From an uncultured Nitrososphaerota archaeon (lineage in GTDB: Archaea > Korarchaeota > Korarchaeia > Korarchaeales > Korarchaeaceae): DNA of 32,000 bases. The position numbers and the translations under genes are program-made. Positions within the stretch are counted from its first letter, which is position 1, and every line of letters begins with the position of its first letter. Location of the stretch: contig CAYZRF010000002.1 in assembly GCA_964480775.1 (NCBI GenBank), positions 60,001-92,000 of the forward strand, given 5' to 3'. The notes below the pieces were generated by a model. It searched no databases, was not told where the DNA came from, and saw only the letters and a list, made by a program, of their open reading frames with translations. Below, in pieces: positions 1 through 6,379 of the stretch.

Positions 1-1
1 A

Positions 2-205
2 GAGGCGCATCAAATCTTCAATAAAAGTAAGATATTGATTATAGATACTTCTTGTAAAAGCATTGATGCAATAGCAAGCGAAATAATAGACCTTGTTATT
101 TACAGAAAGTTATCAACAAACAAAAATGCTAAGAAACTCACAGATTGGTCTTTTAGAGCGCCTTGGATTTCAAAAATTCTTTCTTCCGCTTATAGTAGAA
201 CTTAG
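2..205 (+). CDS. C-terminal fragment of a small P-loop kinase-like protein (partial; 5' end lies outside the window)
   Basis: Frame 2 is open from the window edge to the TAG at 203-205. The translation ...EAHQIFNKSKILIIDTSCKSIDAIASEIIDLVIYRKL... resembles the C-terminal end of small archaeal nucleotide kinases. It is absent from the ORF track because it has no start in the window. It would overlap the convergent ATPase gene by 53 nt. Confidence 0.3.
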   Translation, partial: EAHQIFNKSKILIIDTSCKSIDAIASEIIDLVIYRKLSTNKNAKKLTDWSFRAPWISKILSSAYSRT

Positions 206-2006
206 GAGCAAGTGAAAACAAATAAGTCAAATCTTCATCTTCTAGCTCAGGCGGTAGATACTCTGGCTCTATTTTGATTCTTGGAATCTCTGAAGAGTTT
301 CTAAGTACTACGATACATTCACCAGTTCTTAAATGATGGATTTGATGAGCGATTTTTCCAATAGCCTTTACAGATGGTCCAAGCAAGCTGTGGATGAAAG
401 ATACATCCTGAGTAGAGCCCAAAGCGTGAATAATTTTTGTTGACGCATTTCTTATGATGTGCGAAGATAGACATGAAGGAGACTGGGAGATCACTATGAA
501 ACCCTCCCCATACTTTCTTAATTCGGAGATCATTCTATCTCCAATGGTCAGTCCACTAAGGTCTGTTAACATAGGCAGGACTCTATCGGCTTCCTCTAAC
601 ACCGTTATGTGCCTTACTCCACTAGTTCTTCCCTTCTCTTTGTTGTAGTAGTATATTCTTCTTAGTAACGTGAAGACAAACACCTCTCTGACGCCTTGTG
701 TAGCAATGTCTCTTAGTTCTATGCTAATTAAGCCGCTCATAAGATCTTCCATTCTAGGTAAACTCTCCTTACACAGAACTTTTCTGGCCTCTCCTCTAAC
801 CAGGGGATAAATTCTCCTCAGAAGAGCTCTTTTACTTTCCTGTTCGGCTTGGCCGGTGGTTTCAAAAGCAGCAATTTCCTCATACAAATCGATAAGTGTT
901 GGTGATTCTCCCTTTGTCGCCTGATCTCTCAAACGAATAAGTCCTTTCAATAGAAGGTATGTTTGTGGAGGAGTTAGGCCAAAAATGATAGTGAACTGCT
1001 CTGCAATTTCGTCTAACATGGATTCACCGGCATCTTCGAGGCCTTCTAGTACGTTAATCGACAACAAATCACTATCTATTTTAGGAGATATCACTCTGCC
1101 GCCCATTAAAAGAACTATGTCTCTATATTCGTTCTCATAATCAAAAATAAGAACAGGAATTCCAATTTCCCATATTTTTGATACCAGAAACTTTGAAGTC
1201 GTGGTCTTACCAGAACCAGTCCTTCCGAGTATGGCGGTATGATGACATAAGTCCTTTAGGCTTAGTTTAACTACTGAACCGTTAGGTTTTCTACCTAACT
1301 CCACTGACAAAGATTCGACTGGGTTTGTTGGTACACCTTCTTTGAGAATTATTCGAGCCAAAGCTAGCTGAAAACGAAAAAGAAGACCATCTGAGAGAGT
1401 TCTTAAGCGAGAGCCCTTCAAGGCTACAACATCCCAATTATCTCCTAATCGAGCTTTTATCGTGCTCTCCGCTCTGTCCAGCATCGATTTTGCTACTTTT
1501 AATCCTCCTACATCCTTCTCATTTACCCAAAGCAGGATTACTCTACTTTGAAAAACCTCTGCACTTTGATCGTTGTTCGAACACATGGTAAGATCTATCC
1601 AATATTTCTGGGGTTTTTTAGGAGAGCACACCATCATTAGAGAGGAATTAATACCCATATGGGCTAGTATCTCCGCTATTTGAGAGAATTTCGTTTCTAT
1701 ACTATTATCTTCAGAAGAACTAAGCTCTAGAGCCTTTACTAAGACACGATCATTCTTAATGTGAATTAGAATCTTGTCTTGAGTAAACAACACTTCGCTT
1801 AGGTTAGGATTTCTTTCGATTCTACTGCTATGAGATAAATCAGCTCTAAAATATAACACAAGAAGCGGTACGAAAATAACTAAAATCAAAACTCTAACAT
1901 CAACACTCATCAAAATTGGTAAGGCTCTTTTGTAAACTTCATACGCGATCAAAAGAGCTAGAAGACAAAAAGGGAATAAGTTAGATACCTCTTTACTTCC
2001 TAACAT
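153..2006 (-). CDS. Membrane-anchored HerA/FtsK/VirB4-superfamily (DUF87-like) ATPase, CedB-like
   Basis: 617-aa ORF. Two N-terminal hydrophobic helices (LFPFCLLALLIAYEVY, VRVLILVIFVPLLVLYF). Walker A ILGRTGSGKTT followed by IPVLIFDYENEY. Walker B ITVLEEADRV. HerA-type RKYGEGFIVISQSPSCLSSHIIRNASTKIIHAL. Its start overlaps the stop of the upstream TFB-like gene by 14 nt. Confidence 0.75.
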   Translation of the reverse strand: MLGSKEVSNLFPFCLLALLIAYEVYKRALPILMSVDVRVLILVIFVPLLVLYFRADLSHSSRIERNPNLSEVLFTQDKILIHIKNDRVLVKALELSSSEDNSIETKFSQIAEILAHMGINSSLMMVCSPKKPQKYWIDLTMCSNNDQSAEVFQSRVILLWVNEKDVGGLKVAKSMLDRAESTIKARLGDNWDVVALKGSRLRTLSDGLLFRFQLALARIILKEGVPTNPVESLSVELGRKPNGSVVKLSLKDLCHHTAILGRTGSGKTTTSKFLVSKIWEIGIPVLIFDYENEYRDIVLLMGGRVISPKIDSDLLSINVLEGLEDAGESMLDEIAEQFTIIFGLTPPQTYLLLKGLIRLRDQATKGESPTLIDLYEEIAAFETTGQAEQESKRALLRRIYPLVRGEARKVLCKESLPRMEDLMSGLISIELRDIATQGVREVFVFTLLRRIYYYNKEKGRTSGVRHITVLEEADRVLPMLTDLSGLTIGDRMISELRKYGEGFIVISQSPSCLSSHIIRNASTKIIHALGSTQDVSFIHSLLGPSVKAIGKIAHQIHHLRTGECIVVLRNSSEIPRIKIEPEYLPPELEDEDLTYLFSLAPKFYYKRKKEFLKSKAL

Positions 2007-2805
2007 TTGTTGTCATTCCTCTCTGAGTTAATTCTCCTTCAAGCATCATAGTAAGCATCTTGGCTCTCTTCCTTATGACAGTTTTATGGCTATTTATCGC
2101 TCTGGCTACCGCTTCTTGTGTTATATTCCTTAGTCCTAATTGTTTTGCAGCTATGTAAACAGCAGCAGCCGAAATTATCAATGGGCTCTTGCCAAGGAGA
2201 TTGAACCTTGCTAATTCGTTTGAATGAAGTAGTTTGATTATCTTTAAAGCTCTTAGCTGAATTCTGTCAAAATGATTTGGAAGATGAGACCTATAAGAAC
2301 GTCCTTTGCTAAGCAAGCCCCCTTCGTCCAATTTTCTTAGGACATAAGCTATGTAAGCTTCATATCTCCTGTTTCCTCCTTTAATTCCGAGCGTTCTTTC
2401 TATCTCATTCATCTTCCTTATAAGAGTCTGTTCTCCACACGCACATCCTAAAGATTCAAGCAAGGTTTTAACTTCTTTAATTGTTACAACTCGGTTATCG
2501 TTTCTCGAAGCTAAAACCAATGCTGCTGCTGCATAGTACACCTTATTTCTTGCTTTTATTCCGCTCTTCTTCAAGAAATTGCCAAGCATGTAAGAAGCTC
2601 TTTTTTGTATCCTATAAGGAATGTTGATTTCCTCTCCTAGCCTTCTTACTATCCTATAGACATAATCTCTGATTATACCTTGATTATCTATGAATTCATC
2701 GCAACCAAAATTATGAAATGCATGAACACGCCCGCATTGGCTGCAAGCTATATGATCCTCAAACCAAACAAGTTCTCCACCGCAATAAGAGCATATCCAA
2801 TTCAT
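1993..2805 (-). CDS. TFB/TFIIB-family transcription factor paralog (Zn ribbon plus two cyclin repeats; B-reader/B-linker region missing)
   Basis: N-terminal CxxC-x12-CxxC ribbon (CSYCGGELVWFEDHIACSQCG). First cyclin repeat (IPYRIQKRASYML...YYAAAALVLASR). Second repeat with a BRE-recognition-like helix (ITQEAVARAINSHKTVIRKRAKML). Only about 20 aa separate the ribbon from cyclin 1, against roughly 70 in canonical TFB. Total length is 270 aa. Confidence 0.8.
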   Translation of the reverse strand: MNWICSYCGGELVWFEDHIACSQCGRVHAFHNFGCDEFIDNQGIIRDYVYRIVRRLGEEINIPYRIQKRASYMLGNFLKKSGIKARNKVYYAAAALVLASRNDNRVVTIKEVKTLLESLGCACGEQTLIRKMNEIERTLGIKGGNRRYEAYIAYVLRKLDEGGLLSKGRSYRSHLPNHFDRIQLRALKIIKLLHSNELARFNLLGKSPLIISAAAVYIAAKQLGLRNITQEAVARAINSHKTVIRKRAKMLTMMLEGELTQRGMTTNVRK

Positions 2806-2907
2806 TATTTTATCGCATTATCTAAACAAATGCAATTTTTGTACTTATAGGACCTAAAAGGTAGTTTTAATGGACTACAAGTAAGTAGACTCCCATAAGA
2901 AATAGTT

Positions 2908-3267
2908 TTACTGTGTTCCAAATCCTTTTATACATAGGTACACTTCTAAACCTTCAGAAATCTCAGAAAAAGCCTCAGATTTCAGGTTGATTATGGCCAC
3001 CAGCCCTCCAAAAGATAATATTGCCCTTTTATTTTCATTTTGAATGGAAAGCACTTTACCATGTAGAAGAATACCGTTTTCACACTTTGTATTCGTATTC
3101 TCAGTTGTGAAAAGTGAAACTTTCCCCTCCATTCCAACTTTAAATTTTCTAAAACTTTTAGGCAGTTCGATTTTGATGTCAGCTACTTTACCACTCAAGT
3201 AATAACGATGGATAGATTGTGCTTTGTCAAATTCAATATTATTTATCTTCACTTGTAGTTCCATCAC
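2908..3267 (-). CDS. rpoG: RNA polymerase subunit Rpo8 (RpoG, Rpb8 homolog)
   Basis: 119-aa ORF. The C-terminal LLHGKVLSIQNENKRAILSFGGLVAIINL...VYLCIKG matches the Rpb8/RpoG signature (hGkVy...a..SfGGLLm.l) as I remember it. No alignment was run. Confidence 0.6.
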   Translation of the reverse strand: MMELQVKINNIEFDKAQSIHRYYLSGKVADIKIELPKSFRKFKVGMEGKVSLFTTENTNTKCENGILLHGKVLSIQNENKRAILSFGGLVAIINLKSEAFSEISEGLEVYLCIKGFGTQ

Positions 3268-3342
3268 TTACCTGCAAGAGTTCTTGAATTCTTAAACTTT
3301 CCTTAGATGTCATTTCTTAAAAAGGCAAAATAGCCCCTCTTT

Positions 3343-3702
3343 ATGTTTCAAATGAGTTTCTATCATAATTATGATTATTTTACACAGCTACTGTTTGTAC
3401 ATGCTGAACTTAAAAAGAAGATAGCAAAATTTCTTGAAAATAGCAATTACAGTGGAGAAATATCTCAGCTTAAATTAGAGATAAACAAACTAGTAAAATC
3501 ACTTCTCTATTCGCTGTTATGGACCAAAGAATCAACTCTTTGGAAAACTGCTCTGAGAATAGCTAACAATCCTCTTCCAATAAACGAGAAGAATTCATTT
3601 AACGAACTTTACAGAACAATACTGCTTTCTACCATCTGTACTAAGTTAATCTTTTCAGAGATCAGCGCCATAGTGGCTTCGAAGAGAAGGCGAGAAAGTT
3701 AG
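3343..3702 (+). CDS. Hypothetical helical protein
   Basis: 119-aa ORF fills the otherwise roughly 440-nt gap between rpoG and the PRC-barrel gene. No recognisable motif. Convergent with the PRC-barrel gene, leaving only 6 nt between the stops. Confidence 0.4.
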   Translation: MFQMSFYHNYDYFTQLLFVHAELKKKIAKFLENSNYSGEISQLKLEINKLVKSLLYSLLWTKESTLWKTALRIANNPLPINEKNSFNELYRTILLSTICTKLIFSEISAIVASKRRRES

Positions 3703-3708
3703 ATTACT

Positions 3709-3999
3709 TCAAGTTCCTCCTCTTTTTGTGGCTACATATACTTGCAATAGCTTCTCACTAACAACCACCATATCACCGATGCTACTTACTGTATTATAAG
3801 GAAGCAACAAATTTCCTTCCGCATCCTTCATTAGAAGCCTTGTGATTGATTTTTCTGAGCCCTTTATTTCCTCAATTATTATCGATAGCATCTTTCCAGA
3901 TAATTCGTCACATATCAAATCAACAACTTTACCTATTACTGCCCCTTTATCGGTGACAACGGTCTTATGAGCTAGCTTTTCAATCGAGTATTTCGCCAT
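3709..3999 (-). CDS. PRC-barrel domain protein
   Basis: 96 aa. VVTDKGAVIGKVVDLICDELSGKMLSIII...LLPYNTVSSIGDMVVV is typical of stand-alone archaeal PRC barrels. An SD-like GGTGATGA (4004-4011) lies 4 nt upstream of the ATG. Confidence 0.7.
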   Translation of the reverse strand: MAKYSIEKLAHKTVVTDKGAVIGKVVDLICDELSGKMLSIIIEEIKGSEKSITRLLMKDAEGNLLLPYNTVSSIGDMVVVSEKLLQVYVATKRGGT

Positions 4000-4031
4000 T
4001 CATTCATCACCATAATGTACGACTTCATTTA

Positions 4032-4106
4032 TGGTGGGCCGGGAGGGAATCGAACCCTCGACCTCCGCCTCGTAAGGGCGGCGTCATACCACTAGACCAC
4101 CGGCCC
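4032..4106 (-). tRNA. tRNA-Val (anticodon UAC), 3'-CCA encoded
   Basis: Reverse complement: GGGCCGGUGGUCUAGUGGUAUGACGCCGCCCUUACGAGGCGGAGGUCGAGGGUUCGAUUCCCUCCCGGCCCACCA. Cloverleaf has a 7-bp acceptor stem, anticodon stem CCGCC/GGCGG with loop CUUACGA, and T arm GAGGG-UUCGAUU-CCCUC. Confidence 0.93.
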
Positions 4107-4109
4107 AAC

Positions 4110-4198
4110 TGGCGCCGGGGGCGGGATTTGAACCCGCGCGGCCCGAACGGGCCATCGGCTTAGCAGGCCGACCCCCTACCGGACTAGGGCACCCCGGC
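4110..4198 (-). tRNA. tRNA-Ser (anticodon GCU), long variable arm, 3'-CCA encoded
   Basis: Reverse complement: GCCGGGGUGCCCUAGUCCGGUAGGGGGUCGGCCUGCUAAGCCGAUGGCCCGUUCGGGCCGCGCGGGUUCAAAUCCCGCCCCCGGCGCCA. Anticodon stem UCGGC/GCCGA with loop CUGCUAA. Variable arm GGCCC-GUUC-GGGCC. T arm GCGGG-UUCAAAU-CCCGC. Confidence 0.93.
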
Positions 4199-4221
4199 TA
4201 CATTTGGAAGAAGTTCAGTGC

Positions 4222-4229
4222 TAAAAAAA
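4222..4229 (-). promoter_or_regulatory. TTTTTTTA element: candidate TATA box for the tRNA-Ser/tRNA-Val transcript and/or oligo-T terminator of the upstream operon
   Basis: The minus strand reads TAA(cbf5 stop)-TTTTTTTAGC. The tract is centred about 28 nt upstream of the tRNA-Ser 5' end (4198), matching archaeal TATA-to-TSS spacing. Oligo-T tracts are also archaeal terminators. Confidence 0.45.
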
Positions 4230-5002
4230 TTATTCATCCTTTTTCCAAAGAGCAGGATATAAATTCCTATCCATGATTACTCTTATGGGTTCAGCCACAG
4301 TCCCCCTATCCATCTCAATGAGTTCTTCTGAACTCACTAAGCTCCTAGCTAAAGCAACAAGTTCTCCCTTAAGAGTAAAAATTCCAACGGAACAATCTTT
4401 TCTCATCTCCTTAGAGAAGGCGCAGATTCCTGGAGCCTTAACACTTGCACCATGTGCAACTGACGCCACTGCTGTGTCTTTTATGATAACTTTAGGTAGA
4501 AGTTGTGCTACTATCGTCTCAAGGGGGATTATTTCATCCCTAAGATAGGCATCATTACCCGTATTTTCCCATAGGATCACGGCTCTTTCCAATTCTTGAA
4601 GAGTAATACTGCTAGCTTCTGTCAGAGGACCAGCCCTAATACGTCTGAGTTCTCTCATACTTGCCCCGCATCCCAAAAATTCTCCAATATCATGAAATAA
4701 TTTTCTTATGTAAGTGCCAGCCTCTACAGAGACTTTGAGCAGAACATACCTCCCATGCCTTTCAATCAGATTTATTTCGTAAATTCTTCTTGTTCTAAGC
4801 CTTCTCTTTACTGTGGCTTTAATTGGAGGTCTTTGAAAGATCAAACCAGTAAATTCTTTCAGTGCAAGAAGTAATGAATCGTCAGAAACTTCCCCATGCA
4901 GGTAGAGAACACCAACATACTCCTTTCCAGCTTTTGTCAGTAGTTTTGCTATCCTTGTGGCTCTTCCTAATAAAATGGGCAACACTCCGCTTACCTTGGG
5001 AT
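4230..5002 (-). CDS. cbf5: tRNA/rRNA pseudouridine synthase Cbf5, exon 2 (TruB catalytic core plus PUA domain)
   Basis: After splicing it continues (G)AU CCC AAG GUA... = D-PKVSGVLPILLGRATRIAKLL.... The track ORF 4230-4985 carries the rest of the TruB core and the C-terminal PUA-like region. The frame is continuous from 5002. Confidence 0.88.
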
Positions 5003-5031
5003 CTCCCTGAGCCTTCCTTAAGGAAGGCCCA
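5003..5031 (-). other. 29-nt bulge-helix-bulge (hBHBh') pre-mRNA intron inside cbf5
   Basis: Intron RNA is UGGGCCUUCCUUAAGGAAGGCUCAGGGAG. Outer helix UGGGA(5042-5038)/UCCCA(5001-4997). Central 4-bp helix CCCU(5037-5034)/AGGG(5008-5005). 3-nt bulges AGU(5033-5031) and AGA(5004-5002). Inner 9-bp helix with a UUAA loop. Excision restores the frame and the GTLDP motif. Confidence 0.85.
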
Positions 5032-5233
5032 CTAGGGTCCCACTATGCCCTATTTTACCAGAAAACCTCAAAATTTTCCTTATCTTTTGAGTTACCGCAT
5101 GAGAAGTAGGTCCTTGGGGTTTATCTAAGTTTATAACCCCATGGTCAAGGTACAGGTCTATTGGCCTTTTCTCTGGATAGAAGCCATAAGGTCCCGGCTC
5201 ACAATCTTGTTTTACAACAAGTTCCTCCTCCAT
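5032..5233 (-). CDS. cbf5: Pseudouridine synthase Cbf5, exon 1
   Basis: MEEELVVKQD...VINLDKPQGPTSHAVTQKIRKILRFSGKIGHSGTL(D). The last exon nucleotide (G, 5032) is the first base of the Asp codon. An SD-like GGAGAAAGTGAT lies upstream of the ATG. Confidence 0.88.
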
Positions 5234-5248
5234 TCAATCACTTTCTCC

Positions 5249-5518
5249 CTATTCAGCTTTTACAACTTCTTTATAGAGATCTGTTGCTTTTATTGCTTCA
5301 AGAACTTCCTCATCCGTGGCACCTTCTGAAATTTCGACCCTCACAGGAAGTGGAAGGAGGTGCTTTATGTTCACTCTCCTCCTCCGAACCCCGGTCAATT
5401 CCTTTGGTCCTGTAACTTCCACGAAATTCTTGTCAATTATCTTTACAACGACACATTTCTTACCAGCTTCTCTACCAGCTATTTTGATACAGACTCGCCC
5501 AATCTCTATTAGACCCAT
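5249..5518 (-). CDS. rpl14e: Ribosomal protein eL14 (L14e)
   Basis: 89 aa with a KOW-like N-terminus IEIGRVCIKIAGREAGKKCVVVKIID. Conserved position next to cbf5 and L34e. Confidence 0.9.
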   Translation of the reverse strand: MGLIEIGRVCIKIAGREAGKKCVVVKIIDKNFVEVTGPKELTGVRRRRVNIKHLLPLPVRVEISEGATDEEVLEAIKATDLYKEVVKAE

Positions 5519-5541
5519 ATCTCATTCCTCCTATACAGGCT

Positions 5542-5865
5542 TTATGAAACTGACGCCTTCCCTTTTAATAGGCTTTCCCCTTCTTTTAGTGCTCTCTTTA
5601 GAACGATCTTTCGAAGACATGAAGGACAAAGGTTGCCCCCATATGGTCTGTTAGGTCTTTTTTTACTCTTTGGAAGCTTCTTCATGAAAGATCTAGTCCC
5701 CGTTGGCGTTGCATTAAGGGGCTTTTTACATATGGCGCACCTAGCTGGACCCTGACGCTTTGCCTTATAGTGATAAACTACCTTGCCTCCCGGAGTTCTA
5801 ACAGCCACTCTCCTCTTTTTCAGCCTTCTTTTGGTTCCTCTAACATTTAGTTCGATTATTCTCAT
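5542..5865 (-). CDS. rpl34e: Ribosomal protein eL34 (L34e)
   Basis: VAVRTPGGKVVYHYKAKRQGPARCAICKKPL...CPSC, a basic Zn-binding L34e pattern. Confidence 0.9.
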   Translation of the reverse strand: MRIIELNVRGTKRRLKKRRVAVRTPGGKVVYHYKAKRQGPARCAICKKPLNATPTGTRSFMKKLPKSKKRPNRPYGGNLCPSCLRKIVLKRALKEGESLLKGKASVS

Positions 5866-6368
5866 TACTGTTCAACCTCCAGAGTTGTGCCTAATACTTT
5901 CTGAAGTATAAATGAGAATAGGTATGATACTAGCATATAATAACCAAAGTATCCCAGGACATTCGTTGAAAGCGAACTATTCCTCCTAAATATAACCAAA
6001 AAAGGGATTTCAATCGGTAGTTTGACGATCGGAACCTCTCTGTATAAAGGAGACAGCAACTGCCAAATTATTAACAATGGAAGAGTTACGTAAAGCATAG
6101 GCTTCATACTCATGCTAAAGCTTTCAGCCCTAGCTCTGTCTACGTCTGGTTTGAGTTTCTCCATTTTCTTCTTTATTTTCTTGTCTCCAGTGCGAAGGAA
6201 CTCTCTTTGAAGTTCATAGTACTCCTTCTGAATCTGGTTTAGTCTTCTTAACTTTTTGTAATCAATTGTCTTCTTGTTGACTAGTTGAACAAATAGAGTG
6301 ATAAGAAAAGCCAATAATGTCAGAAAAGCGAAAGAACCAGGAGGAAATACAATCCAATCGAGCTTCAA
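5865..6368 (-). CDS. DUF106 membrane protein (archaeal YidC/Oxa1/EMC3-like insertase homolog)
   Basis: 167 aa. TM1, then a basic coiled-coil (KKLRRLNQIQKEYYELQREFLRTGDKKIKKKMEKLK), then two further TM helices. Conserved location immediately downstream of secY. Confidence 0.8.
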   Translation of the reverse strand: MKLDWIVFPPGSFAFLTLLAFLITLFVQLVNKKTIDYKKLRRLNQIQKEYYELQREFLRTGDKKIKKKMEKLKPDVDRARAESFSMSMKPMLYVTLPLLIIWQLLSPLYREVPIVKLPIEIPFLVIFRRNSSLSTNVLGYFGYYMLVSYLFSFILQKVLGTTLEVEQ

Positions 6369-6379
6369 GAGAATCCCTC

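Noticed and set aside
454-648. Short antisense or shadow ORFs in the track (for example 454-648, 4273-4548, 5141-5654, 7086-7343, 7506-7694, 7813-8345, 9296-9481, 9800-9985, 11036-11290, 11568-12032, 12223-12483, 13954-14151, 14437-14643, 17768-18044, 19230-19520, 20382-20630, 21186-22497, 22720-23554, 23834-24085, 28378-28687, 29487-29816, 30706-30963, 31681-31974)
   Set aside because: Each lies entirely within, and mostly opposite to, a strongly supported conserved gene. Their translations are low-complexity (S/L/F/P-rich), as expected from the complement of purine-rich coding strands.
4004-4011. GGTGATGA resembling a C box just downstream of tRNA-Val
   Set aside because: It sits 4 nt upstream of the PRC-barrel ATG and matches the anti-SD complement (GGTGAT) used by many genes in this window. 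No D box partner is present.
2806-4229. Integrated mobile element targeting the tRNA-Val/tRNA-Ser locus
   Set aside because: I found no integrase and no duplicated tRNA 3' fragment (att site), which would appear as a GC-rich island. The neighbouring genes include the core subunit Rpo8.
4230-5233. cbf5 as a frameshifted pseudogene or two separate genes
   Set aside because: The interruption is exactly a 29-nt element flanked by a perfect hBHBh' splicing motif. Its removal restores the frame and the catalytic GTLDP motif. Both halves are otherwise intact and sit in a conserved operon.
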